Part shown: positions 12,889 to 25,384 of the stretch, piece after piece | Layout of the letters: every line of letters begins with the position of its first letter | Numbering within the stretch: the stretch's first letter is position 1 | NCBI RefSeq assembly: GCF_001194135.2 | Contig: NC_068996.1 | Span: forward strand, 35,599,319 to 35,645,190 | From: Octopus bimaculoides | Lineage: Eukaryota | DNA: 45,872 nucleotides | Direction: 5' to 3' | The notes under the pieces: generated by a model | The model's database searches: none | The model's input: only the letters and a program-made list of their open reading frames with translations | Told to the model about the DNA's origin: nothing | Made by a program: the position numbers and the translations under genes

Positions 12889-13930
12889 TTGGTTTGACTA
12901 ATATTTTACCAAAGTGGGAATTTAGAAAGGATATTAATGTATTGGTCCTGTTGAGTATTTCTTCCTTTTGGCAGGGTGAATTTTGAATTATTCTTTATCA
13001 GGTATTCATCAATCTCACTATTTTTATTGGTGAAAGACTCAACAAGTCATAACTTCTGAAAAAACTTTTGGATATCCTCTTCCAGTTCTTGGTGGTTGAC
13101 TGTTGATGTAGATTTGAATTTAAGTTCTTTTGATAAAAGTTGGAATTCATCATTGTCTATATCCCTTTTCGGTAAATTAGTTGTATAACATCAGATTTTG
13201 AAATTCTATGGACCAATGTAGATATGGTTAATTCATAGTGCTAGTTAATCAAAATCTTTTTTCTTAAGTCTTATCATTGTCATGCAGGAAGATATTTGAT
13301 GAGACTCAGGAAGTTGAGACAATGACATGGCATCACAAACTGGAAGTGCAGTTGGTGTGGTGCCGGTCTTCATTGGATGCTCGAATGAAATTGGCATAGG
13401 GAGATAAGAGGGAAGATTGAATAAATAAAATATATACCTAAGAAAAAAAAAAAAAATATATATATATATATATATAAACATTTATTAACAAGGAATGAAA
13501 TATGTACACTGAATAAAGAGAACATGCTACCATTGGATAAGAAAAGTAGGTAGAATAAGAAACAAGAAAGACTAGAAAAATTGGAGATTTGGTATTGGTC
13601 AGAATGAAAAGAAATATTGAAGGTGTCAAAGAATATAAGATGGGTTCATGAGTTGTATGAATAAAAATTGGTAAAATGGAAAGAAATTAATTTAAAGAAA
13701 GTTAATGAGGGAATGAATCAGAAGATAAAAATACATGAAACTCTATTTTAAAGAATATGGAAGTGAGGATATGATCATGGTGTGGAACTTCAAAGAATGG
13801 GCATGAAGGAATTGAGATAGGTAAGTTTATGCACAACTCATGTTTACAATTATTGGTAACACTCCAAGAAAGACTGATGTATTCCTGGAAAAAGAGTAAG
13901 AGTATGAACTTTAGATTTTCTACCACTGGT

Positions 13931-15467
13931 AGAAACTAGGGATAGACGAGTGGTTGTGAGGGTTGGCAATGAGTACAGTGAAGAATTCAGGGTACAAGTA
14001 GGGATTTACCAAGGATCAGTCCTCAGCCCACTTTTGTTCATCATAGTCCTCCAGGCATTAACAGAGGAATTGAAGACAGACTGCCTCTGGGAGCTCCTCT
14101 ATGCTGATGACCTTGTTATTATAGCTGAATCACTATCAGAACTAGAGAAGAAATTTGAAGTATGGAAGCAAGATCTAGAATCAAAGGGCCTTAAGAGTTA
14201 ACTTAGCAAAAACCAAAGTCTTAGAAAGTAAGAAGAAATCACAAATCCCTTCAGGTAGATGGTCTTGTTCGATCTGTAGAAGAGGCATAGGTAGAAAATC
14301 CATTGGATATACCTAGTGTAAACTATGGACACATAAGAGGTGTTGCAATATCAGAGGAAGGTTAACAGAGAAAATAGTTTTTGTGTGTGGCAGATGCACA
14401 GGTACAATAAACACCCAAAATGTACAGAAAATGAACTCCATCAACTGCTAGGTGGGTAGCTTGGAGTAGTAGATTGCTTCCGTTATCTAGGTGACCAAGT
14501 TAGTAGCGGAAGTGGATGCTCCAATAGCATAGCTGTGAGACTACGAAAAGGGTGGGTAAAGTTGAGAGAGCTCCTATCTCTGCTGGCAACAAAGGGCTTC
14601 TCCCTCAAAGTGAAAGGTAGATTGTATGATACCGTGTGTGGACAGCTATGCTACATCACTGAAACATGGGCTGTGACTGCTGAGGACATGAAAGAAATGA
14701 AGCCAATATGCTTTGCTGGATGTGCAATGTCAGTGTGCATGTTCAACAGAGTGTAAGCATCTTGAGAGAAAAGTTGGGCATAAGAGGTATCAGATGTGGT
14801 GTGCAAGACAGATGTCTGCATTGGTATGGTCATGTGATGCATATGGACAAGGACAACTGTAAAATAGTGTTGATCTCTAACTGTGGAGGGAACCTGTGGT
14901 AGAGGTAGACCCAGGAAGACATGGGATGAAGTGGTGAAGCATGATCTTCGAATTTTGAGTCTCACAGTGGTAATGACTAGTGAATGAGACTTTTGGCAAT
15001 ATGCTGTGCTGAGAAGACCCGTCAAGCCAAGTGAAATTGTAGTCGTGGCTGATGCTGGTGTCAAGTAACTGGCACCCATGTAGGTGGTATGTAAAAAGCA
15101 CCTTTTGAGCATTGGGCCTCAAGAGGCAAAGCGGCTGATGCTGGTGGGACGTGAAAAGCACCTATTGAGAGTTGGGCCTCTCGGAGGTAATGACAAATGA
15201 CCTTTGGTATTGTGCTGTGCTTGAGAAGAAGGTCCATCAAGCCAAGTAAAACTGTAGTTGTGGCAGATATTGGTGTCATGCAAATGGCACCCACGGCATG
15301 TAAAAGCACCCAGCACACAGTCAAATGGTTGGCATTAGGAAGGGCATCCAGCTGTAGAAACCATGCTAAATCAGACTGGAGTCTGGTGCAGCCTTCTCGC
15401 TGGCCAGCCTGGGTCAAACTGTCCAACTCATGCCAGCATGGATAACGGATGTTAAATGATGATGATG
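13931..15467 (+). mobile_element. RTE-clade LINE, 5'-truncated (RT C-half, PHD-like insert, 3'UTR, (GAT)n tail)
   Basis: GIYQGSVLSPLLF, ELLYADDL, KLGIRGI..RCLHWYGHV, GRGRPRKTWDEVV; several frameshifts and stops. Confidence 0.93.
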
Positions 15468-15499
15468 GTATTTTCTTTAATGGAGGTGAGCCAACAAAA

Positions 15500-16380
15500 A
15501 GCCATTATGTGGATGTCTGACGGGGTGGTAAAGACACTTTTGAACTGGTCATTCAGTACCTCACTGATCCTAGTTGGACTGTCTGTGAGGAAGCCATCCT
15601 TTTGGAAGAGGAGTACTGAGGCTCTTTCTTTGGCATAATGAAAGAAGGCCTTTGGGTTTGACTTAATTTTTTTTATAACCCAGGCTTCTTTGTCTGCTCT
15701 TTCTTGCACATTGGATTGTTGCAGGCTTTTTTTAATCTCCTTTCGCTATTTTTGGCATGTTGGTTGAGGTGATTTGCAACCTTCGTCCATTGTCTCATGA
15801 GAATCTTCCTCTCCCTTGGAATGTTGTTCCTTTTTGTACTGGCCTTGTGCTTGGGGACATATTTCTAGTATATGGTTTGCATAACAGACTTCAAATATTC
15901 TAGTTTCATGCTAATGTCTGGTGTGGAGAGACATTTCGGCCAGTCCTGTCTGAGGATCTCTTTTTGGATTGATTTCCAGTCTGCTTTGTGGAAGTTCAGA
16001 TTGGAGAGATTTTGGGCACTTCCTTTAGGCTGTATATCTCTGACTACTTTCGGCCTATACATAGACAGCTCTCTTATGTTGTAATCCGAAACTAATGTCG
16101 GCATCACTTTCACATCATGAACAATGATGTCCATATTGTTTGTGAAGCAGAGATCCAAAATGTCATTCGCCCTAGTTGGTCTGTGTACAACTTGTTCCAT
16201 GAATAGAGCATTGGTGAGGTTGAGCAGGGACTCCACTTGTGCTTGTTTGCAATGAGTCATTATTGAGAGCATGAGGCCTTCAGGCCATTTGACATTGGGG
16301 AAGTTGAAATCACCTGTAAGAAATATGCTCACATGGTGTTCTAGTTTCATGAGGATTTCTTTAATTGTTGTGAGGCAACC
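15500..16380 (-). mobile_element. CR1-type LINE fragment (AP endonuclease C-half and linker)
   Basis: LTGDFNFPNVKW, QVVHRPTRANDILDLCFTNN, VSDY, LNFHKADW, IKSNPKAFFHYAK, EVLNDQFKSVFT. Confidence 0.88.
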
Positions 16381-16452
16381 TTCAACCTATATATATATAT
16401 ATATATATATAAATTGTAAATGCAAAAATAACAACAAAAACACAAAGGATTC

Positions 16453-16519
16453 TGCGGTACACGTGTTTCAAGCTTTATATCAGTGTATAATTGACAATAT
16501 AAAGCTATCTTCAGCCGCA
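16453..16519 (-). ncRNA. Type I hammerhead ribozyme, intact minimal fold
   Basis: TGCGG CTGAAGA t AGCTTTATAT..ATATAAAGCT t GAAA CACGTGT A CCGCA: 5-bp stem I, 10-bp stem II, palindromic stem III, GUA triplet. Confidence 0.9.
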
Positions 16520-17520
16520 AATGTATTCTCTCCCAAGAATTANNNNNNNNNNNNNNNNNNNNNNNNNNNNNNNNNNNNNNNNNNNNNNNNNNNNNNNNNN
16601 NNNNNNNNNNNNNNNNNNNNNNNNNNNNNNNNNNNNNNNNNNNNNNNNNNNNNNNNNNNNNNNNNNNNNNNNNNNNNNNNNNNNNNNNNNNNNNNNNNNN
16701 NNNNNNNNNNNNNNNNNNNNNNNNNNNNNNNNNNNNNNNNNNNNNNNNNNNNNNNNNNNNNNNNNNNNNNNNNNNNNNNNNNNNNNNNNNNNNNNNNNNN
16801 NNNNNNNNNNNNNNNNNNNNNNNNNNNNNNNNNNNNNNNNNNNNNNNNNNNNNNNNNNNNNNNNNNNNNNNNNNNNNNNNNNNNNNNNNNNNNNNNNNNN
16901 NNNNNNNNNNNNNNNNNNNNNNNNNNNNNNNNNNNNNNNNNNNNNNNNNNNNNNNNNNNNNNNNNNNNNNNNNNNNNNNNNNNNNNNNNNNNNNNNNNNN
17001 NNNNNNNNNNNNNNNNNNNNNNNNNNNNNNNNNNNNNNNNNNNNNNNNNNNNNNNNNNNNNNNNNNNNNNNNNNNNNNNNNNNNNNNNNNNNNNNNNNNN
17101 NNNNNNNNNNNNNNNNNNNNNNNNNNNNNNNNNNNNNNNNNNNNNNNNNNNNNNNNNNNNNNNNNNNNNNNNNNNNNNNNNNNNNNNNNNNNNNNNNNNN
17201 NNNNNNNNNNNNNNNNNNNNNNNNNNNNNNNNNNNNNNNNNNNNNNNNNNNNNNNNNNNNNNNNNNNNNNNNNNNNNNNNNNNNNNNNNNNNNNNNNNNN
17301 NNNNNNNNNNNNNNNNNNNNNNNNNNNNNNNNNNNNNNNNNNNNNNNNNNNNNNNNNNNNNNNNNNNNNNNNNNNNNNNNNNNNNNNNNNNNNNNNNNNN
17401 NNNNNNNNNNNNNNNNNNNNNNNNNNNNNNNNNNNNNNNNNNNNNNNNNNNNNNNNNNNNNNNNNNNNNNNNNNNNNNNNNNNNNNNNNNNNNNACACAC
17501 AACGAAAAGAAAAAGAGAAT

Positions 17521-17894
17521 GAAAATTCTTTGACACATCTTTCATTATAAGTTTCCGTACCGTCTCCATTTGCGACGCCAGTGTATGTGAAAATTCTGAA
17601 AGAAAAGCTACATAAAATTTGCGGTTTAGGCATTGAAGAGGCACATCCTCAGAATTGCATCGGAAACCTGCTAATACATTGTGCATCTATTAGACCTTGT
17701 TATGAAAAAGGTCTCATAGATGCACAATGTAATAGCATGTTTTCAATGCAATTCTAAGGAATGCCTCTTCAATGCCTAAAACCGCAAATCTTACGTAAAT
17801 TTTCTTTTAGAACTTTTGTGTAAACTGGTGTTGCAAATGGAGATGCTACATAAACATGTGTAACTTATTATTAAAGATGTGCTAAAGAATTTTC
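17521..17894. repeat. Fold-back element of about 370 bp, 9-nt central loop
   Basis: ggtttaggcattgaagaggca / tgcctcttcaatgcctaaaacc and acattgtgcatctat / atagatgcacaatgt arms around 17699-17707. Confidence 0.9.
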
Positions 17895-18079
17895 TGTGTC
17901 TTCTCTTCATTGGATTATTTAGTCTTCGCCAAACCATATGACAATATAATTGTTGTGAAACTTGGATTTTCTACTCCAGATATATTTCCACACTGGCTTG
18001 GATCCTGACTGTGTGGATAGCCCAGTATTCAGGTTGAGTGCTTCTCTGGAAACACCCCAACTTCACACACCAGGTGACT

Positions 18080-18121
<42 letters not shown>

Positions 18122-18124
<3 letters not shown>

Positions 18125-18430
18125 CTATCATCATCATCATTGTTTAACATCCACTTTCCATGCAGGCATGGGTTGGACAGTTTGACTGAGGTCTGGAGAG
18201 CCAGTGGCCATACGAGGCTCCAATCTGATCTGGCAATGTTTCTACAGGTGGATGCCCTTCCTAACATCAACCACTCCAAGCGTGTAGTGCGTGCTTTTTA
18301 CATGCCACTGGCACGGGCCTAGCATCGATCACATTCGGATAGTGCTTTATGTGCCACTGGCATGGGACCAGTTGTGGTTACTGGCATCAGCCACGTTTGG
18401 ATGGTGCTTTTTATATGGCACCGGCACATG
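18122..18430 (-). mobile_element. RTE LINE 3' end fragment
   Basis: catcatcattgtttaacatccactttccatgc...ggatgcccttcctaac motif. Confidence 0.85.
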
Positions 18431-18458
18431 GGCCACACAAACACACACACACACACAC

Positions 18459-18504
<46 letters not shown>

Positions 18505-18988
18505 NNNNNNNNNNNNNNNNNNNNNNNNNNNNNNNNNNNNNNNNNNNNNNNNNNNNNNNNNNNNNNNNNNNNNNNNNNNNNNNNNNNNNNNNNNNNNNNN
18601 NNNNNNNNNNNNNNNNNNNNNNNNNNNNNNNNNNNNNNNNNNNNNNNNNNNNNNNNNNNNNNNNNNNNNNNNNNNNNNNNNNNNNNNNNNNNNNNNNNNN
18701 NNNNNNNNNNNNNNNNNNNNNNNNNNNNNNNNNNNNNNNNNNNNNNNNNNNNNNNNNNNNNNNNNNNNNNNNNNNNNNNNNNNNNNNNNNNNNNNNNNNN
18801 NNNNNNNNNNNNNNNNNNNNNNNNNNNNNNNNNNNNNNNNNNNNNNNNNNNNNNNNNNNNNNNNNNNNNNNNNNNNNNNNNNNNNNNNNNNNNNNNNNNN
18901 NNNNNNNNNNNNNNNNNNNNNNNNNNNNNNNNNNNNNNNNNNNNNNNNNNNNNNNNNNNNNNNNNNNNNNNNNNNNNNNNNNNNNNNN

Positions 18989-19043
<55 letters not shown>

Positions 19044-19499
19044 ATATACATATATATACATATATATGTGAAGTATTATTACTGTTTTAAACAGTAATAA
19101 TGAAGTGGCTAGCAAGACTACACGTGGATGTATATTATACCTATACAGATATAATATACAATAATTGAAAGAAAGAAGGGTAAAGATACCACTTTCTAAA
19201 AATCCATCAATCTTACAATAAATATACACACAAGCAATGCAATGAATATTTTAAAAAATAGGCCTACCTTCAAAATGGAATAGGAAAATAGATAATACAT
19301 GTCCTAATATCAATTGGTTTCATACTCTGCAATCATTGGTTGGAAATAGTATTTAACATCTATTTCTAAAATAATAATACTTCACATATTCACATTTTTA
19401 TTGTTTATGATAGTTTCTTTTTAAATGGAGCAGGACGTTTTAAGTTAGAAACAAATGCGTGCTAACATAGTGAATATAATCTTGTATTTTGGGATACTC

Positions 19500-20963
19500 T
19501 CGAATGCCGACCCAACAGAGGGACCAGCTATCCGAATTGACAGTGCCTTGGTAGATAAAGCAATTAAGGGTATGAAGACAGGGAAAGCTCCTGGCTCATC
19601 AGGAATCACCACAGAGATGCTCAAAATATCTGGCAGTGTCGGCTATAGCCTAGTCACCCGTATTGTTAACCAGGTGATACACGAAGGAGTCATACCCAAT
19701 GATTGGTGTAGCAGCACCATAGTCAACAAGTACAAAGGTAAAGGTGATGTATTAGATACAAATAATTACAGAGGTATCAAGCTGTTAGATCAGGTAATGA
19801 AAGTCACGGAGAGGGTCACAGCCCAACTAATTAAGGAGAGAGTCAGTTTAGATGAGATGCAGTTTGGGTTTGTGCCAAGGAAAAGCACCACTGATGCTAT
19901 ATTTCTGGTAAGACAGCTGCACGAGAAATACCTAGCCAAAGATAAACTTCTGTACCTGGCTTTCATTAACATGGAGAAAGCCTTCAACAGGGTCCCCTGA
20001 TCCCTTATCTGGTGGTCAATGAGGAAACTAGGGATAGATGAATGGTTAGTGAGAACTGTGCAAGCCATGTACAGAGATGCTGTCAGTAAGGTGAGAGTAG
20101 GTAGTGAGTATAATGAAGAATTCCGGGTAGAGGTAGGGGTCCACCAAAGTTCAGTCCTCAGCCCCCTCCTATTTATCATAGTCTTTCAGGCAATAACAGA
20201 GGAATTGAAGACAGGATGCCTCTGGGAGCTTCTCTATGCTGATGACCTTGCACTAATTGCTGAGTCACTATCTGAACTAGAGAAGTTTCAGGTGTGGAAG
20301 CAAGGATTAGAATCAAAGGGCCTTAGAGTCAACCTAGCTAAAACCAAAGTCCTAATAAGTAGAAAGGCAGACAAACCACAAATCCCTTCAGGTAGTGGCC
20401 CTGCTCGATCTGTAGAAAAGGCGTAGGTAGAAACTCTATAAGATGTACCCAGTGTAATCTATGGACACATAAGAGGTGCAGCAATATCAAAGGAAGGCTA
20501 ACTGGGAAGATAGTTTTTGTATGCAGCAGATGTTCAGGTGCAATAAACACTGAAAATGTTCAGAGAACAACTTCTGCCACATTCCAAGGAGAGAAACTAC
20601 AAGTTGACAGCTTCCATTACCTAGGTGACCAAGTCAGTAGCTGGGGTGGGTGCTCTGAAAGTGTAGCTACTAGAATAAGAATAGCCTGGGCAAAGTTCAG
20701 AGAGCTCCTACTTCTGCTGGTGACAAAGGGCCTCTTGCTCAGAGTAAAAGGTAGACTGTATGACACATGTGTACGAACATGTTTATTACTGTTGTACGAA
20801 CAGTTTGTGTACGAACTTGTTTATTACAGTTATTTTTTTATTTTAATGCCTGTTCATAGTCCAGAAATCTTTTGTCACACACTAGTAGTCCCAGTAACAC
20901 TTTTCATTTCCATATCTGTTCTTGCTCTACTTACTCCATTCTGTTCTTCTATATGTATATATA

Positions 20964-21001
<38 letters not shown>

Positions 21002-21160
21002 GGAAAATGAACTCCTTCTTCTTGATAATTTGCTCCATCGCAATGAAAACCAGTTAGAAAAAATCTTTATTAAATTATGCTTCCAGTTCAGCATTCTGGC
21101 TTTTTTTCATTTTCCTATTATTTCTCCACGTGCGGTTAACACAACCCCACTATTTACTGA

Positions 21161-21209
<49 letters not shown>

Positions 21210-22156
21210 GTGAAACATGGGCCGTGACTGCTGAGGACATGTGTAAGCTTGCAAGGAATGAAGCCAGTATTCTCTACTGGATGTGTAATGTCAGTGTGTA
21301 TACATGACAGAGTGTAAGTGCCTTGAGATAAAAGTCGAACCTAAGAAGCATCAGTTGTGGTGTGCAAGAGAGATGACTGCACTGGTATGGTCATGTGGTA
21401 AGAATGGATGAGGACAGCTGTGTGAAAAAGTGTCACACCCTAGCGGTTGAGGGAACCTGTGGCAGAGGTAGACCCAGGAAGACCTGGGATGAGGTGGTGA
21501 AGCACGACCTTCGAACATTAGGCCTCACCGAGGCAATGACTAGTGACCGAGACTTTTGGAAATATACTGTGCTTGAGAAGACCCGGCAAGCCAAGTGAGA
21601 CCATAACCCGTAGCCTATGCCAGTGGTGTAACCATCCCACTTATGTGTACCTCTGCTTGCGAAATCCTGTTGAGGCAAGTAAAATCGAAATCAAATTCGC
21701 TGGCGTGACCGATGACAGCACCGCATGACTGGCATCCGTGCTAGTGGAATGCTAAGAGTGTGATCTTGCCAGGGCAGCTGACTGGCTCCTGTGCCAGTGG
21801 CATGTAAAACGCACCATTCGAGCGTGATTGTTACCAGCATAGCCTTACTGGCACTTGTGCCAGTCATTTCAGCAAGGTCGTTGCCAGTGCCACTGGACTA
21901 GCTCCTGTGCAGGTGGCACATAAAAAACACTTTTTGAGCATGGCTGTTGCCAGTACTGCTTGACTGGCCCAAGTGCCAGTGGCACGTAAAAGCACCCACT
22001 ACACTCTCGGAGTGGTTGGCGTTAGGAAGGGTATCCAGCTGTAGAAACTCTGTCAGATGAGATGGGAGCCTGGTGCAGCCATCTGGCTCGTCAGTCCTCA
22101 GTCAAACCGTCCAACCCATGCCGGCATGTAAAGCTGACATTAAATGATGGTGATGA
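19500..22156 (+). mobile_element. RTE-clade LINE, 5'-truncated, interrupted at about 20790-21203
   Basis: KAPG..GIT.EMLK, NYRGIKLL, QFGFVP..STTDAIF, GVHQSSVLSPLLF, LLYADDL, PHD-like insert, HGSETW, GRGRPRKTW, 3'UTR repeats, GAT tail. Confidence 0.95.
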
Positions 22157-22669
22157 AGATATATATATATCTTTATCATCATCATTTAATCAGAGGTGCA
22201 ATCTGTGTGGGTGTTTTTTCAAAACACTGTCTGGTTNNNNNNNNNNNNNNNNNNNNNNNNNNNNNNNNNNNNNNNNNNNNNNNNNNNNNNNNNNNNNNNN
22301 NNNNNNNNNNNNNNNNNNNNNNNNNNNNNNNNNNNNCTCCAACTGATATATGGAATTATGGACCTCACTAAAATGTAAGACTATTGAATTAATGAACATT
22401 TTACTTCTTTTTTTTTCTTTTCCTTTCCTTACATCTTTTTCCCTATTTCCTTCTATTTATCTTTGCCACTTAATCATTCTGATGATGTCTATCAATTGCA
22501 AGGAAGTAAATATAAATTTACCCCAGTTTTACCTTTTAAATTACCTACTACTCTTTACCTTATAATAAAGACCATATATACTGAGGTGATACCAGGAGTG
22601 CCTTTGGATACATCTATCTCTTAGATGGTTACATTACCTCACAACTTATGTTTGTGTGTATATATATAT

Positions 22670-22935
22670 ATCTGACTCCTGTGCAGGTGGCACATAATAA
22701 ACACCATTTGAGCGTGGCCATTGCCAGCACCAGCGGACTGGCCCTTGTGCCGGTGGCATGTAAAAAGCACCCACCACACTCTCGGAGTGGTTGGCATTAG
22801 GAAGGGCATCCAACTGTAGTAACTCTGCCAAATCAGATAGGAGTCTGGTGTAGCCATCCGTTTTGCCACTCCCCAGTCAAATCGTCCAACCCATGCTAGC
22901 ATAGAAAGCGGACGTTAAATGACGATGATGATGAT
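22670..22935 (+). mobile_element. RTE LINE 3' end fragment
   Basis: ggcattaggaagggcatcc...ggacgttaaatgacgatgatg. Confidence 0.85.
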
Positions 22936-23149
22936 ATATATATATATAAATATATATTTTTCCCTTGTTTACAATTAACACGGAAAAAATTGATAAACAG
23001 TTACCAGGGTAGCAAAAAATTGCACAAATAAAAAGGCCGTAACACCTTGTTTTTAAAGGTAGAAACACTGAGTTTATGTGAAATATTTTGTATAATATAT
23101 ATAAATAAATAAATGGAGTAAAACGTAGGTGTTATTCAAATTCTTTTAC

Positions 23150-23229
23150 TTCCGACACGTTTCAAAGATGTCAATGGTATTATTCCAAAGGAATAAAATG
23201 GTGTAAAACAATGTAATCTGTTCAGGGAA
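23150..23229 (-). ncRNA. Decayed hammerhead, homolog of the 44313 copy
   Basis: ttcc ctgaa-cagattaca...ttattcc ttt ggaataa...atctttGAAACgtGTCggaa. The flanks taaaatgtctta and cgttttactccatt are shared with the 44280-44437 copy. The core has lost GA. Confidence 0.6.
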
Positions 23230-24029
23230 ATGAAGAAATAAAACTCATCAATAAGACATTTTATGATGGATATGTATTGTGATGAACTGAACGCTATTAA
23301 GTTAAAAAATGTTAGAGGATATAACGTCAAAGGTAGCCTATAGAAAGAGGAGTGGTAAAGGAAAGAAAAAATCAGAAACCAAATAAATGAGAAGTATAGA
23401 ATGATATGTGAATTAAATAAAACCCTAAAGTCTTGGAACAAGATATATCTAGTAGAAGTGAAATGTAAGAAGAAAATCAATGTTTAAATTATATATAGTG
23501 GTAGATATTACTTATATGAACTAAAGGTGTGTTTCTGCCAATGTTTACATTGATCAGCATGTTTTCTAAGTCAATATTTTAATCTTTTTCTTTTGTCATT
23601 TGTCTCTTTGTTTTCTCAACATCTCACACTATCTCTGCAGTTTGGTAATCTTGCTCTGACAATCTTTAGTTTTATTCATAATTTTCTCACCTTTGGTTGA
23701 AGAAACAAAACCATTATATTCCCTTAATTTTACACCAAATAAAATTTATCAGTCTACCAAATTTTATATTTAATGAATTTTTTTACGACATTGCCTGTCT
23801 TCAGTTTCCTCAGATTCAGGCATTTTTCTGAAATATTTTATTGTTGAATTCACATTTTTTTAATACAGAACCCATAGTTAAAATTTTGGTAGCTTTGGAA
23901 ACCAATTGTGAGAATCATTGCTGTCTCTTCTTTTGACATCTAATATAAAAGATGACTTCTTTTTGATCTGATATTTTGAAATTTAAACTAGCAAGCGACT
24001 CTCTAGTATTAGCAGGTTATATGAGCATC

Positions 24030-24295
24030 TTCTGCTATAGCCTCGAGCTAAACAAAGGTTTGTGAATGGATCTGGTAGATGGAAACTGAAAGAAGCCCAT
24101 CGTATGTGTGCATGCAACCAGTGTTGGTGTGTTTATGCCCCTGTAACTTAGCAGTTAAGAAATAGAATGTCATAGAATAAGTACCAAACTCAAAAAAATA
24201 AGTACTGGGGTTAATTCATTCGACTAAAAATTTTTCAAAGCGGTGCTCCAGCATGGCCACAGTCTAATGACAGAAACAAATAAAAAATAAATGAT
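24030..24295 (+). mobile_element. SINE family B (5' truncated)
   Basis: ggaaactgaaagaagccc..agcatggccacagtctaatgac. Confidence 0.75.
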
Positions 24296-24689
24296 AAAAG
24301 AATGTGATCTGAAGTGGGTGCATCATCATCATCAATACTTATTGGTGGCTTTATGTTCTCAAGCAATACTTTCTGATGTCATATGGGTCTTGAGATTCAT
24401 TATCCTGATATTCAGTTACATCACCAATATATCAGTTTTGGCTGAATGGTGGATGCTTTAGTCTATAAAACAATCTGTGCTGTGGATCTGGGATATGATC
24501 TTCAAACATTTAGCACTTACCATATTTTAACATATATAAGGAACCCTTTTCTGTCAAAAATTAGGTTAAAAATATGGGAATTTCTTATACATGGATAGTA
24601 TTATAATCCTTTACAAAAGTTTTTTTTCCAAATTTGAAGCCCCCTTCCCCCCAAAAAAAATTAGGGGGTTCCTTATACATGTTGAAATA

Positions 24690-25110
24690 CAGTAAATTGG
24701 CCACAGTTGGTCCAAATATTCTACCCATTTTATGTTGAGAATGGCCAGATCTGGTCTCTCACACCTACTTTACAATGTCATTCTAAGACTAGAACATTCA
24801 CATTACTGAAATCTCAAAGGTACAAAATAATACGTGATTAATTGAAAACAATGTGAATAAATAATCCTTATATTTGATAGAATACTCTGAATGTTAGCGA
24901 GTTAAACCTTTTAATACCAACCTACCTGAAACCTCCCCTGGTTCTACAATGCAATCTTCCTGGTTTAAAAGAATCTAAATTTAAACCTTCCATTCAAAAT
25001 TTCATGTTTAAGTTGTTCCAAACACCAGCTTAATTACAAAAATATATTACTGACTTTATCATTATTTTCAGAATTAATTGAAATAAGGCAGTATATTTCA
25101 ACAGAAATAT
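24690..25110. mobile_element. Two TTAA-type MITE remnants joined at a shared TTAA (24902-24905)
   Basis: Left part resembles the 28437 family. Right part is the reverse complement of the ...ggttggtatcaaaggggttaa family seen at 28975-29358. Confidence 0.6.
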
Positions 25111-25384
25111 CCTACTCATATAATTTAGCTTCCAGATCTTTCCATCATGTTTGTCTTAACTCTTCTGATACAAACCTGCCTGAAGCTGCTTCTCATTCTA
25201 TGACATAAACTTCCTGTTTTAATATAATCTTAACAAAAATCTTCCATCAAAATTTTATGTACTAAATACCAGCTTAGTAATGACTAAGGCCATATCCAGC
25301 CTGAATATTCTACTTGTTTTATGTTCTAACTAGCCAGATCCAGCCTATCACATTTACCCTTCAATGCCATTATAAAATATACAA

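Larger units (their letters stand above)
9480..13230 (-). mobile_element. Penelope-like retroelement (RT + GIY-YIG), decayed and interrupted by SINEs
   Basis: Minus-strand motifs in order: NLPKRDIDNDEFQLLSKELKF, IVIKEADKGNVIV, FYGLPKIHK, FDIVSFYTNIP, GTAMGTRFAPVYAN, WKRYQDDCF (11849-11860), LPFL..DVYYKDRDTHQYLNFKSCHP, CKSRNLIYCISCLNCEETYLGQT, FYKL..REKTFIEESKP. The downstream tail carries a hammerhead core. Confidence 0.92.

Noticed and set aside
13325-13390. TGAAGA followed by a ggca..tgcc hairpin near the Penelope 5' end
   Set aside because: No C3 and no GAAAC, so it cannot be called a ribozyme.
19105-19165. 11-bp hairpin next to acacgtg
   Set aside because: No CTGANGA or GAAA core; AT-rich hairpins arise easily.
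2509-19229. Long ORFs of 170-430 aa in the track
   Set aside because: They are open only because they run through N gaps and (TA)n/(CA)n repeats.
23560-23960. Possible Tc1 N-terminal HTH remnant on the - strand
   Set aside because: Only vague similarity with many stops; not supportable without a profile search.
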